Of a stretch of 64,000 nt of DNA, positions 47,944 to 58,500 are shown in pieces. The position numbers and the translations under genes are program-made. The DNA comes from a bacterium. Its GTDB lineage: Bacteria; RBG-13-61-14; DATKZS01. Below the pieces are notes generated by a model, which ran no database searches, had not been told where the DNA came from, and saw only the letters and a program-made list of their open reading frames with translations. Numbering within the stretch: position 1 is the stretch's first letter; the number at the start of each line of letters is the position of its first letter. The DNA lies in NCBI GenBank assembly GCA_963674965.2, contig CAXXFL010000006.1, positions 320,001-384,000 of the forward strand. The letters run 5' to 3'.

Positions 47944-48915
47944 ATGTCGGACTTTAATTCGGTATTGAAAACGGTTGAAAGGAAGTTTAAGGAAGAAGAA
48001 CCGATGGACCGGTATGCCCAGCTTAACCAGTTCAGGTTCAAGGTAACAGAGCACGACCGCCCGGAATTGATCCCGTTCGTGGCCGAAGGGCAGGATTCAG
48101 CAGGCCCACTGGCACTCAAGGATCATGCTCTCAAACAGCTTTGCTCACGCATCGGTGTGCCGTACTCGTTTTTCAGCAAGTGCCCGCCAGCCCTCCAGGA
48201 ATTCAACATCGCCTGGTTCATGCAGAACATGGAGCAGGAAAAGGACGTTATGTTGCGGCTTGTGAGAAGATGCCAGATCAGGGCCATCGTGAGCGATAGG
48301 TATGCGCCCTTCGACGACATGGAGCTTTTTCAGATCCTGGCCGACTTTATGGACGGGACCGAAGAGGTTCAGATTCAATCGTTCGAGGAATTGAGTTCCC
48401 ACGTGCGCATCACCTGGCCCGCTACCAAGGAGGAGGTCCAGCCAGGCGACATCATCGAGCAAGGCATCCACATCGCCAACAGCGAAGTGGGCGTTCGTTC
48501 CGTGACCATCATCGGCGTGGTCCATCGCTTGAAGTGCAAGAACGGACTTGTGGCCCGTGAGAAGAAAGGAGGATTTCGCCACGTCGGAGCGCCGGAAAGA
48601 ATCAGGGAACAGGTCAAACAGGTTATCGAGGAGGTCAGGCACGACACCGGAGCTCTGGTCGAGAAGTTCAAAATGAGCCTCACCAAGGAAATCGAGTACC
48701 CCATGGAGATGATGGACCGAATCTCCCAGGAGCATGATCTCACCAAGGACGAGTACAAGGCCATGCTGGATTCGTTCATGATGGAGCCATCGAAGAGCCT
48801 TTTCGGGGTTGTCAATGCCATCACCAACGGAGCCCAGAAAAGCTCAAGCACGGACCGGAGGTTTGAGTTGGAATCGATTGCCGGCCAAGTGCTGGACCGG
48901 CAACTTACTGCCTGA
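47944..48915 (+). CDS. DUF932-like phage/plasmid protein
   Basis: A..QLC.RIG.P, RA..S.RY..FD, I.NSEVG..S, RL.C.NG, S.FG.VNAIT; strong RBS. Confidence 0.7.
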   Translation: MSDFNSVLKTVERKFKEEEPMDRYAQLNQFRFKVTEHDRPELIPFVAEGQDSAGPLALKDHALKQLCSRIGVPYSFFSKCPPALQEFNIAWFMQNMEQEKDVMLRLVRRCQIRAIVSDRYAPFDDMELFQILADFMDGTEEVQIQSFEELSSHVRITWPATKEEVQPGDIIEQGIHIANSEVGVRSVTIIGVVHRLKCKNGLVAREKKGGFRHVGAPERIREQVKQVIEEVRHDTGALVEKFKMSLTKEIEYPMEMMDRISQEHDLTKDEYKAMLDSFMMEPSKSLFGVVNAITNGAQKSSSTDRRFELESIAGQVLDRQLTA

Positions 48916-48931
48916 AAGCGAGGTACCCGCC

Positions 48932-49741
48932 ATGAACAGATTCAGCGGCCCTTACAGGCAAAGTCTTCTCAAGCTCTATTCGGAATGCCCAAGAAAGTTC
49001 AAGCTGCTCAATGTTGACGGAATCGAAGCCGAGAAGGAGGAGTCAGTGCCCCTCATTATCGGCAGTAACGTCCACCGATTGATTGACCTGTTTCACCAGA
49101 GGCAGCCGATTGACTGGAAACGAGGGGAAATCCCTTTTCACGCCTGGGAGCAGGTCAAGGAGCTTGTTAACGCTTACACAACCCACAATCGCGGTATGGA
49201 GGTCATTCGGTCGGAAGCGGAGTTCGAGTGTCCCATCAACGGATACACCATCACCGGTACCATCGACCTGGTGTACCGGGACGAGCAAGGACGGATTGTC
49301 CTCCGGGACATCAAGACGGACGCTACCGAACCGTCCGCCGACTTCCTGGCTCGGGACATCCAGTTTTCCATCTACTACATCGGAGCGATCCGGGGCCTGG
49401 GCATCCAGCCCGACCTCATGGAATGGTATCACCTTCGCAACCTGGTCCCTTACAAGAAGACCACGGTCAAGAACGGGGTCCAGTTCACTCCCGGCCAACT
49501 CAGGGGCGATCCCAGTTTCAGCGTGTCGAGAAGGACAGAGGACATACCCACCATCGAGATGGAAATCCGCTACATCATCCAGGCCATCAGGTTCAACATC
49601 TATCCCATGCGACCATTGAAAATCGGGCACATGTGCCCATGCAACCATTGTGAGGTGCGCAAATACTGCCAACCTCACGGTCAGATCGTGGAGCAATTGG
49701 CCGACTTTGAAGGCCTCCACGGTTACGAACAATTTTTCTAG
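48932..49741 (+). CDS. PD-(D/E)XK (RecB/Cas4-like) nuclease
   Basis: S....Y..CPRK, G...H, GTIDL, DIKT, QF.IY, C-terminal C..C.....C. Confidence 0.85.
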   Translation: MNRFSGPYRQSLLKLYSECPRKFKLLNVDGIEAEKEESVPLIIGSNVHRLIDLFHQRQPIDWKRGEIPFHAWEQVKELVNAYTTHNRGMEVIRSEAEFECPINGYTITGTIDLVYRDEQGRIVLRDIKTDATEPSADFLARDIQFSIYYIGAIRGLGIQPDLMEWYHLRNLVPYKKTTVKNGVQFTPGQLRGDPSFSVSRRTEDIPTIEMEIRYIIQAIRFNIYPMRPLKIGHMCPCNHCEVRKYCQPHGQIVEQLADFEGLHGYEQFF

Positions 49742-49761
49742 AAAAGAAAGGAGACAGAGAA

Positions 49762-50520
49762 ATGGGAAAAAAAGCAAGTCTTGCGGAAACCAAGAAAAAC
49801 GGAGAAAGCATCGAGCACGCTCCGCCCCCAGAGATGTTGGGCCTTGAGCAGTTCGATACAGGCGACCTGGTAATTCCCAGGTTTAAGATTGTCCAGCCCA
49901 CTTCCAAGGAAGGAACGCCAGGGCGCTTTAAGAACAACCTGACCAACGAGGAGATAGAAAAGCTCGATGTAGTCGTTCTGCTGGCTTCCAAGGGGCGGGT
50001 CTGCTGGGGCGAGAACATTGACGAAGATCCAATCTGTCGAAGCAGTGATGGTCTCTTCCCATCAGACAATATCGAGGTCCCGGTCAGTGATGTATGCGGT
50101 ACTAAAGAGGATGGAAAACGGTTTGTACCGATCTGCCAGAATGCCATGTGGGGCCAGAGGAATGAAAGGCCACTTTGTAACGAGGTCATCAACCTTCTCT
50201 GCGTAGGCAGTGACGATCATGTGCCGTTCTTTATCTCGGTGCATGGTACCCAGCTCAAGCCCACGAGGGCTTATTTGTCGGCCCTGGGACTCCGCAGAAA
50301 GAGCCTGTACGAGTACCAGGCCACCATCAGCCTGAAAGAGACCTCAAACAATAAGGGCAAGTTCTTCGTGATCCAATTCGAGAACCTGAAGGAGAACAAA
50401 ACCGATCAAAAGGAAATCTTTCGCTCTTTGTTTTTCCAATACTGCGGCCATACTATCGACCAGACTTTCGAGGCTGAGCAAAAGATGAAGGATGATTTGA
50501 GCGACGTTCCCTTCGCATAA
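49762..50520 (+). CDS. Phage-type ssDNA-binding/recombination protein (putative)
   Basis: DLVIPR.KIVQ..S, C.S.DG, acidic DDLSDVPF tail like SSBs; follows a nuclease. Confidence 0.55.
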   Translation: MGKKASLAETKKNGESIEHAPPPEMLGLEQFDTGDLVIPRFKIVQPTSKEGTPGRFKNNLTNEEIEKLDVVVLLASKGRVCWGENIDEDPICRSSDGLFPSDNIEVPVSDVCGTKEDGKRFVPICQNAMWGQRNERPLCNEVINLLCVGSDDHVPFFISVHGTQLKPTRAYLSALGLRRKSLYEYQATISLKETSNNKGKFFVIQFENLKENKTDQKEIFRSLFFQYCGHTIDQTFEAEQKMKDDLSDVPFA

Positions 50521-50523
50521 CCA

Positions 50524-50551
50524 AAAGAGGGCAGAAAGTTCTGCCCTCTTT
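50524..50551. terminator. Bidirectional intrinsic terminator
   Basis: AAAGAGGGCAGAA-AG-TTCTGCCCTCTTT between convergent genes. Confidence 0.8.
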
Positions 50552-50601
50552 ATCGTCGCTCCGAGGTTGCGCTGACAAGTTGAAAAATGGTTGCAACGTA
50601 T

Positions 50602-52305
50602 CTATGGCATGGTGGTTATGAACATTTTCCCGCTTGAGGAAAGGAGAAAAAGTTGTCTATTAATGTCATCAAATATGAACTGCTTGATATTATCAGGAAG
50701 GTATGCCAGGAATTCAATATTCAATGGCTTCTTTTTACTATCGATTTTAATAAGTAAGTTCCTTCCTCCTGCATTGATTGCATCCTGGCAAACGATGTAC
50801 GTTGATTGATCATATTGGTAGAAATACAATATGGGAGACCTTGGTAATCTCAATTGGGCTTTCTCCATAATTGATTTAAAGAGGTTGTCCATTTCATCAG
50901 GGTCATAGGTGATAAATTTTTCGAGAGATTTTGAAGGTACGATAATTTTCGCTCCTGGCATATTATCATTATTGCTTGCAAGAAATATTGGTTGATTTGT
51001 GCGAAATATTCGAGGACTGAAAGTCTTCGATGAATACCATGTCTCAGGCTTAAGGTGAGAGATAAAATCGACATTGCTGAAGTGAAACACGTTATCAGTC
51101 TCTAGTTGTAAGGAGTGGGAGGGCGATTCACTACAGATAATTCCATCAGGTTCAATCCTGCATCGGCGAAGAAACAAAGTTGTGCTTCCCGTCGAATGAT
51201 CATTGTTGCGTTCTACTATCCAAAAGGCGTTAGTGGAATCCTCCCCAAGGAATATAATGCTATCTTGGCAACTATAAGCTTCATGCCCCACGCATTCCGT
51301 GCTTGTGTAGTCAACGACGTTACTGGTAACGCGCTTCCGGTCGGTAGATATTAACGACATTTCATTGACGAACTGCAATGTTCCCGTGCTGCTCGGTCCC
51401 ACCTTTCTAGTTCTAATAAAAAGGATTCCTCTATCCAGTTCATACCATTGGAAAGGACCTAGGCTTCCGTCAATTTCGATATCAATGACATCATCTCCAA
51501 TTATGAAACTATCGTCTTCAATATCGTAAAAATCGCTTTGAACTCCATATTGAGACGAATGGTCAAGCGGAACATATAAAAGTTTGTCCGATGATCTTGA
51601 ATGCAAAGTCATTACATCTTCATCGAAAACGAGTTTGAGAGGATATATTTTAAATTTAAATACATCGCCAATCCTGCGACCGGTCTGTACATCGACCGTA
51701 TAATATTTGCCAGTTAATTGAGTATGAGCTAACCTTTGTTTGTTCTCGCTTATAAGTAAAAAATTCTTTGTGAAGAAAACAGAATTCACTTTCTCAATTG
51801 GCAATCCAATAGGGTAAATATTCAATGTATCTAAGGTCATTTGTGGAGGAGGTATTCCTCTTATTCTGTCCGGTTTGTCATTGTCAGTTGGTGGATCGGT
51901 TGGAACTTCAATATTTGCCGTAGAAGCATCATTTGTTTCCCTGTCTTGATAGGCTACATCGGTTCCATCACTGCCATTACAATTGGGTAATACAAAAAAG
52001 TTCAAAAATGAAGAGCCGATTGCCAGATATAGCACCACTGAAGATATTTTTAACGATACGCCAGCCTTAGCTTTCCCCCATGGCCAGAGAAGCAGAGCAA
52101 TAAACGAGGGTATTTTATTAAGGATGGATTTTACTGTAATTTCTGATTTGAGTTGAATGGAATTACGCCTTTCCTCTTCTAGCAGTTCCTCCAGGACTAT
52201 TTCCGAATGCTTCTTCGAGGAAGGTGTGTCGTGATCTCCATCAGCCGGTTGACCAAGCTTTAGCTCTTTATCATTATCACCATTATTATTGTTATCACCT
52301 GACAT
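50602..52305 (-). CDS. Hypothetical membrane-anchored protein, AT-rich
   Basis: 567-aa ORF; hydrophobic segments near aa 65-105, a Pro/Thr linker, then a beta-rich domain; no family recognised. Confidence 0.65.
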   Translation of the reverse strand: MSGDNNNNGDNDKELKLGQPADGDHDTPSSKKHSEIVLEELLEEERRNSIQLKSEITVKSILNKIPSFIALLLWPWGKAKAGVSLKISSVVLYLAIGSSFLNFFVLPNCNGSDGTDVAYQDRETNDASTANIEVPTDPPTDNDKPDRIRGIPPPQMTLDTLNIYPIGLPIEKVNSVFFTKNFLLISENKQRLAHTQLTGKYYTVDVQTGRRIGDVFKFKIYPLKLVFDEDVMTLHSRSSDKLLYVPLDHSSQYGVQSDFYDIEDDSFIIGDDVIDIEIDGSLGPFQWYELDRGILFIRTRKVGPSSTGTLQFVNEMSLISTDRKRVTSNVVDYTSTECVGHEAYSCQDSIIFLGEDSTNAFWIVERNNDHSTGSTTLFLRRCRIEPDGIICSESPSHSLQLETDNVFHFSNVDFISHLKPETWYSSKTFSPRIFRTNQPIFLASNNDNMPGAKIIVPSKSLEKFITYDPDEMDNLFKSIMEKAQLRLPRSPILYFYQYDQSTYIVCQDAINAGGRNLLIKIDSKKKPLNIEFLAYLPDNIKQFIFDDINRQLFLLSSSGKMFITTMP

Positions 52306-52306
52306 A

Positions 52307-53557
52307 TCAGGCCACCTCCATTGTTAAGAGATGTTCGATACTAGTTACAGATTTATCGGTTGTCTCGGAAATGATGGCTCTTTTGGGTGCTGAAAAGTGA
52401 CGGTTGGACTTATTATACACACGAGTAATAAAAGCTAAATCAACAATATCAGTAGTGTCAGATCCAATAGATAGCTCAATGCGTTCCACATAACCAATTT
52501 TATCGCTATCGAACTCACTGAATGAAGAACGATCTCGATGAGCGACAAGCGATTTAAGGTAATTGGCTTCAACCGTTTGACAAAAAGCAAAATTACTAAA
52601 TAGAGGAGATTTTGCCATCAGCTTTTCACTTTCAATTTTCGTGAAAATGTAAAAGAAGTACTCGTCAAGATCGGGCCGATCTTGCCAATCCTTCCTGGTG
52701 AGTTTTGCGTCCCAGCGAAACCAGTCAGCTGATTCCACATCGGTCTCGGGGTATTCGCTCGATAAAATTCTATCGATCTTTCGGATAATGTACTCGGAAT
52801 TGAGGTATAAAGTCCTCCAAATGACATATTCACCAAAAAGGGCGGGTAGTGAATTTTTGACGTGTTGTTCTAGAAGGTCCATCCAATTATTACCACTGAA
52901 ATGATATAGATATTGAGAATTAAATTTATTAATAGCAGTTTTTAGGTGGCTTGTTGTGAGCACTTTATCAGTAGAGATTTGTTCAAAAATTAAGTAGAGG
53001 ATTGACTTAAGTAATGTTTGACAAAATTCATCAACATCTAACTTTTCTGAAATTTCGTCACTTTCTATTGATCTTTTCACGGTCTCATTGAAAATCAATG
53101 ATACTTTACTAAAATTGATCTTCGTGGCCGGAATGTATTCCGAGGTAAATACCCAAACTGGGTCTGTATGGACCTCATCCCAGGTTCTGGTAATTAAGTG
53201 AGTGTATAGATACTGAATAAACAACCTAAAACCCAGATAAGCGCCGCCGCGGTTCTGGGTGCTGTCTTCGGCGATAAGCATCAAGCGTTTTTCAATTTCC
53301 CCTATAACCATTGTGCGTAAACTGCTTTTTACATTCAGTTCATGCTTCTTTGCAATATGGTAGGTTATGTCCCTATACTCATCGTCTTTCCCTGAACGAA
53401 AATCCACTGATGGACGATCAAGGTATATGTCCCCCATCTTTATAATTCGACTTAAAGCTGCATCAATGTCGGGACCAGTTATTTGCTCCCCAAGCCTCCT
53501 TGAATCCAGATGTTCATGTAACAATTCAGAAAATAATGGGAAATTGCTGATTTCCAT
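52307..53557 (-). CDS. Hypothetical protein, AT-rich
   Basis: Long ORF abutting the next gene; likely start ATG 53557; no motif recognised. Confidence 0.65.
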   Translation of the reverse strand: MEISNFPLFSELLHEHLDSRRLGEQITGPDIDAALSRIIKMGDIYLDRPSVDFRSGKDDEYRDITYHIAKKHELNVKSSLRTMVIGEIEKRLMLIAEDSTQNRGGAYLGFRLFIQYLYTHLITRTWDEVHTDPVWVFTSEYIPATKINFSKVSLIFNETVKRSIESDEISEKLDVDEFCQTLLKSILYLIFEQISTDKVLTTSHLKTAINKFNSQYLYHFSGNNWMDLLEQHVKNSLPALFGEYVIWRTLYLNSEYIIRKIDRILSSEYPETDVESADWFRWDAKLTRKDWQDRPDLDEYFFYIFTKIESEKLMAKSPLFSNFAFCQTVEANYLKSLVAHRDRSSFSEFDSDKIGYVERIELSIGSDTTDIVDLAFITRVYNKSNRHFSAPKRAIISETTDKSVTSIEHLLTMEVA

Positions 53558-53588
53558 ATGCCTTGGCCCTCTTCTAATCACTACATTA

Positions 53589-53671
53589 TCATAAGCGAAA
53601 TTAAATGTCAATAAAATATTTTAGATATATTCTATTTTTTTCTTGACAAACCAAACTGCGCATGCTACCTT
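53589..53671. promoter_or_regulatory. Divergent sigma70-like promoters
   Basis: Minus strand: TTGACA(53611)-17-TAATGT with TG. Plus strand: TTGACA(53643)-17-TACCTT with TG. Confidence 0.6.
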
Positions 53672-53775
53672 AGTGAGCGGTATTAAATTTCGATTAATGA
53701 CGCGCCAGATGCGCTGCTGGCAAATATTACAAAAAGTAATTATTTACTAGTTGTTTACCGTGACAGGACGGAAAA

Positions 53776-54426
53776 ATGGCCGAAAATGACAGAAATGAAA
53801 AGATAAACACTCATCTGCGAGATCACCTCGATTCGATCCACGATTGGCATTATCAAGAAATATCAGGTTTTCTGCATAGTTGGGCTGCCCGCTTCAATGA
53901 GCGTTTTGCCTTGGATATCCCCACTCCTGCGATCAGGCTCACCTGTCTACAGCGCCGAGCCTACGGAACCTACCTTAGGGGGAGGAACGGTTTTGGCCTC
54001 AGGTATGAGATTACCATCAACACCAAATATCTGCGGCGGCCCTTGGCAGAGCACCTTGATACCCTTCTTCACGAGCAGATCCACATGTGGCAGGAAATCC
54101 ATGGTAAACCGGGAAAACATGGGTATCACACTAAGCAGTTTCGGGAAAAAGCTGCGTCGTTCGGTCTTATAGTAAATGAGCGGGGAGAGGGTCTCGGTGT
54201 AGTTCCTGGTCCATTTTTGGACCTCTTGGCTGAGTACGGTGTGGATACCACAGAGATAAAGTACTACAACGCCTGCGAGGTGGATCCTGGTCAGGCACGG
54301 ATGAGGGGGCAGTCCAAGATGAAAAAATGGTCCTGTGGCTGCACCAACGTGCGCGCGGCCGTGGATGTCAACGCCAGATGCTTAAGTTGCGGCAACGAGT
54401 TCAGGAGAGCGGAGCCTCTGTGGTAA
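53776..54426 (+). CDS. SprT-like zinc metalloprotease
   Basis: TLLHEQIH, YH...F, C-terminal CGC...C..CG. Confidence 0.85.
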   Translation: MAENDRNEKINTHLRDHLDSIHDWHYQEISGFLHSWAARFNERFALDIPTPAIRLTCLQRRAYGTYLRGRNGFGLRYEITINTKYLRRPLAEHLDTLLHEQIHMWQEIHGKPGKHGYHTKQFREKAASFGLIVNERGEGLGVVPGPFLDLLAEYGVDTTEIKYYNACEVDPGQARMRGQSKMKKWSCGCTNVRAAVDVNARCLSCGNEFRRAEPLW

Positions 54427-54441
54427 CCACAGAGGTTTTTT
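54415..54441 (+). terminator. Intrinsic terminator
   Basis: CCTCTGTGG-TAA-CCACAGAGG-TTTTTT, with the stop codon in the loop. Confidence 0.8.
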
Positions 54442-54554
54442 AGTTTAAACCATAAAAATTTTGTCAGATGACATCTTGTGTGATGGGGGAAGCAGGCTAT
54501 TTGATGAAACGAACAAAAATAAATAGGAATACTATCCGGGTAAAGGTGAATTAG

Positions 54555-54728
54555 ATGGATGTACTGAATCAGATTGTTCAGCCGTTTCTTCTACTAATAA
54601 TTCTCGGCCTGGCTATCGCGGTAATGTTGACCGGGACCGGGTCGGCAATCACGAAGAAATTCCTGCTTTGGATAATTTTGTTTGTATCGTTTATCTGGGC
54701 ATGCATGATTTGTATCGCTCGTCTTTAG
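54555..54728 (+). CDS. Small two-TM membrane protein (57 aa; not in the ORF track)
   Basis: MDVLNQIVQPFLLLIILGLAIAVMLTGTGSAITKKFLLWIILFVSFIWACMICIARL; AGGTGA RBS. Confidence 0.55.
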   Translation: MDVLNQIVQPFLLLIILGLAIAVMLTGTGSAITKKFLLWIILFVSFIWACMICIARL

Positions 54729-54738
54729 AAGGGTAAGC

Positions 54739-54996
54739 ATGGATAATTTGATGGTCTCAATCTTATTTTTCATTGTGCTCTATTTCTTCACACAGAGCAT
54801 GCTTGCCTCAATTCATCCCAAAGCACCCAGGACAATTAATAAGATAATGAGCTTGGCCTTGAAACTGACAGTGATATGGCCAGCCAAGGCCATGATCGCC
54901 GGCTTGAAAAATTTCATTTCGCCACCTTATGACCAAGTACACCAGGAACCACCGCCTCGGCTTAATGCCCGCGGAGGCCAAGGTGATAGGAAGTAA
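54739..54996 (+). CDS. Small membrane protein
   Basis: 85 aa with hydrophobic N-terminus; in operon order. Confidence 0.55.
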   Translation: MDNLMVSILFFIVLYFFTQSMLASIHPKAPRTINKIMSLALKLTVIWPAKAMIAGLKNFISPPYDQVHQEPPPRLNARGGQGDRK

Positions 54997-55012
54997 GGAC
55001 AGGGGTTTCATA

Positions 55013-55519
55013 ATGGGCATTCGGGTTTCAAATTGGAGAACTTACGTAGAAGGCATTAATGCCACGCCACAAACTCTGTTCGAGGACATCGCTGAGGAAC
55101 TCGAAGCTCGTGATATAGCAGGGTTGCATATAAATAGGACAGTTCATAAAGAAGGCGGACTTTTTTCACGGCAAAGATGGTATTTGGTTGTACAGCGCCA
55201 GGAATATCTCTTCCGAATCTCTGCATTGCCGTTCTCACGCGGCATCATCCTGAGTTGGTTTTTAGAAGAGCGCCTTTCCTTGTTCTGGAGGTTTGCCTTC
55301 GTCGTTCCCGCTATCGGCAAATTGTTAATAAGAATGTTTCGACCGGATTCATTCGCAAGGATTGATCGCGCCTGGGCTTTCCAAAGCCTGGTTCATGGCG
55401 TTGTCCTCGATGTCATTGACGAACATTGCCATGTGAGCGGCGTAAGGGATCAGTTGATGGATGATGATAGCCCACTCCTAGCTGACTTCCACGGGAGAGC
55501 ATTACCCAATGGGCAGTGA
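55013..55519 (+). CDS. Hypothetical protein
   Basis: ORF overlaps the ATPase start; likely ATG 55013. Confidence 0.6.
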   Translation: MGIRVSNWRTYVEGINATPQTLFEDIAEELEARDIAGLHINRTVHKEGGLFSRQRWYLVVQRQEYLFRISALPFSRGIILSWFLEERLSLFWRFAFVVPAIGKLLIRMFRPDSFARIDRAWAFQSLVHGVVLDVIDEHCHVSGVRDQLMDDDSPLLADFHGRALPNGQ

Positions 55520-58500
55520 CAAGAAGCAGCGCAAAGATACAAAGGGCCGTCCCTCAAAGGCTGCTCAGAATTTTTATTTGTGGGAGGTCCGGGGCCGAGG
55601 CTATGATGTCTTCCCTCGACCTGTGTCACTTGAACCCCCGTTTATGGAATTCTCCCATCGCCGCGATATCGAAAGGCCCATTGATGACGGCATTAAAAAA
55701 TCAGTCCCAGGCTCTGTCATAAAGAGACTCATGGGCTTGAAGAAATCACGGCCATCTCGTGCCGGGGTTTGTGCTGAAACGAACTGTCCAGAGGCCGCAG
55801 AACCCAATTCCAAGTCCGGCCTCGCCACGGAGCAAGATGTCGTCGAAGTCAACCTTGTGCTTCCACCGGACAGGAAGGTAACCCAGGACAACGCCGAACA
55901 GTTCATTCTGAACACAGCAAGTTATAACAACCCCGTAGGATTTGAAATCTACGGGACCGATTCAATTGAGGTTAGGTTTGCCTGCAATAGAAGCGATTCC
56001 GAGCATGTCCAGCAACAGGCTTCCGCTTTTTTCCCAAACGCCATAAGAGAAGTAAGAGACCGTAGTCTCGCTCTGGATTTGTCGCGGCCCACGGTCATTA
56101 TTGACTTCGGCTTGGGCAACGAGTTCATGCTTCCATTCAGAACTGCCAAAACTTTTGAGCCTGTGGACACCCTGACCGGCGTTATCGGATGCATGGAAAG
56201 CCTCGCCAAGGGTGAGAAGGCGTTATTGCAGATTCTCTATCAACCGGTACGGAATCCTTGGGCGGCCAACATCATGAGTGCGGTCCTGAATAATGAAGGA
56301 AAGCCGTTCCTGGCCGATATGCCGGAATCGGTTTCCTTGGCACGAGAAAAAATACAAAGCCCTCTTCTCGCCGTCCGCATCCGAGCGCTCGGCCAAAGTG
56401 ATACAGAGCAGGGGGCCTGGCGGATTGTAAAAGCACTTGGCGGAGCCTTAAGGGTTGTGGCCAACGGCCATAATGAATTGGTTGCCTTGCATAACGAAAA
56501 ATATGACGACCTGAAACACGTTCATGATGTACTTCGCTTAACCACTCATCGCCCTGGAATGATCTTGAATAGCCGCGAGACCGCAACTATAGTCCACCCG
56601 CCTTCGTCGGCAGTCAAATCGGAAAAGCTTTGGCAACACTTCAAGAAAATGAAGAAGGCCCCGGAACTCGCTCTCTATCAACTTTTCAAGATCGGTGAGA
56701 ACGATTTCTTTGGCAAGAGGTATGTTGCCACACTCAGCCCTCACCAATTATTGAAACATTGTTTCATCAGTGGCGTTACGGGCAGCGGCAAAACGACCAC
56801 CTTGATCTACATCATGAAGCAAATTATGGAACAGGGTTGCGGGCTCATGTTCACCGACCCGCACGGCGACGCCGCCGACCAGCTTCTCTGCTACGTGCCC
56901 GAAAGCCGATACCAGGACGTTATCTATTTCGATCTTTCCGACGTGGAATTTCCGCTTGGCATCGACCTTTTTCATGCGCGAACAGAACTTGAAAGGTCCT
57001 TACTCAAGACCGACTTGACCGCAATTCTGCGCAGGTCGAGCACGTCCTGGGGAGACCAAATGAGCGGGGTTTCAGACAACGCTTTCGGAGCAGGGATAGA
57101 AAATGAAAGACCGTACACGATATTGCATATGCCTCGTTTTCTCAGCGACCTTGATTTTAGGCGCAAGGTACTTGAGACAGCAACAGACCCGCAGGTTAAG
57201 CACTACTGGGAGAAAGTATATCCTTTGTTAATAGGCCGCTCATTGGCCCCAATTCTGACGAGACTCGGTTCGCTCTTACGTTCACGTGCGATAAGAAATA
57301 TCTTTGCACAGAAAAATGGACTGGACTTCGAGGATATATTAGAGACCGGGAAGATTCTCATTATCAAAACACCATTCGGTTTGATCGGGCTGAATGACGC
57401 ACTCACCTTCTGCGCCATCCTTCTCGCAAAAATGGAGCAATACATCTGGGCTCGCCATATGAAGGGTGTGGAACAAAGGAATCACTTCTTCCTAGCGATC
57501 GATGAGGTGGGCAGTCTCATTACACCGTCTATCTCTTCGATGCTTTCGTCCACTAGAAAATTTGGTGTAGGGCTCCTGCTTTCTGGCGCGGATTTACTTG
57601 ACTCCTCTGAACAGGACAGGAATTTTTCAAACGCTATAATTACCCATCCCAGCACCTATATCTTTCATCGGCAAGGAAATCGCGACGCCCGCAAATTGGC
57701 TGAAAAGCTCTCCTACTTCAACGCCGACGACCTGCAATCATTAACAGTTGGGGATGCAGTTATGGCCGTAGAGGGAAGATTGAACGATTTCAACATCCAC
57801 GTTTTTTCTCCCCCACGAATTGATCCCGACACCTTGCAGGCCAAGCGCAACTTCTTTCTCCAATCGACGCGGGAACGCTATGGCACGCCACGCGAAAAAG
57901 TGGAAGCTGAACTAGAAAGAGACAAGGTATGGTGTGTGGGAAAGCCAGATCCAGATCCTAAAAAGAAGTCAACCCCCCAAAAAAAGAGTCCAGACCAGCC
58001 CCCAAAAAAGATCACGCCCCAGCAGAAGGTTGCGGATGTCAAGCCTCTTGCGCTTCTTGATTCCGACCGAAAACTTGAGGTCACCGAGGGTAAGGGAGGG
58101 TTCCAACACCGATATTTACAAAATTTCATAAAATCTCTCGCCGAGGACCATGGGTACTTGACAGTCCTTGAAGAGCCAACTTCCGACGGCGGCAGCGTTG
58201 ATGTCGGCCTTAGAAAAGGTGAGCAAAGGATCGCCGTGGAGATATCGATCACCACTCCCGCCCAACACGAATATCAGAACATATGTAAATGCCTAAAAGA
58301 AGGTTACGAAAAAGTGTTTCTTTGCTCCTCCAATGAGCGAACTTTAAACGGAGTTCAGACATTGATCGAAAAAGAGCTAAACACCACCGACAAGGAGAAG
58401 ATTCTACTATTCAAGCCTGAGGATCTTATTCAATATTTCCAGGAAGGCCTGGAAAATAAGGCAGACGATACACAGAGGGTGAAGGGATACAAGGTCAAGA

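Noticed and set aside
48932-49741. CRISPR-associated Cas4
   Set aside because: No repeat-spacer array or other cas genes noticed anywhere in the window.
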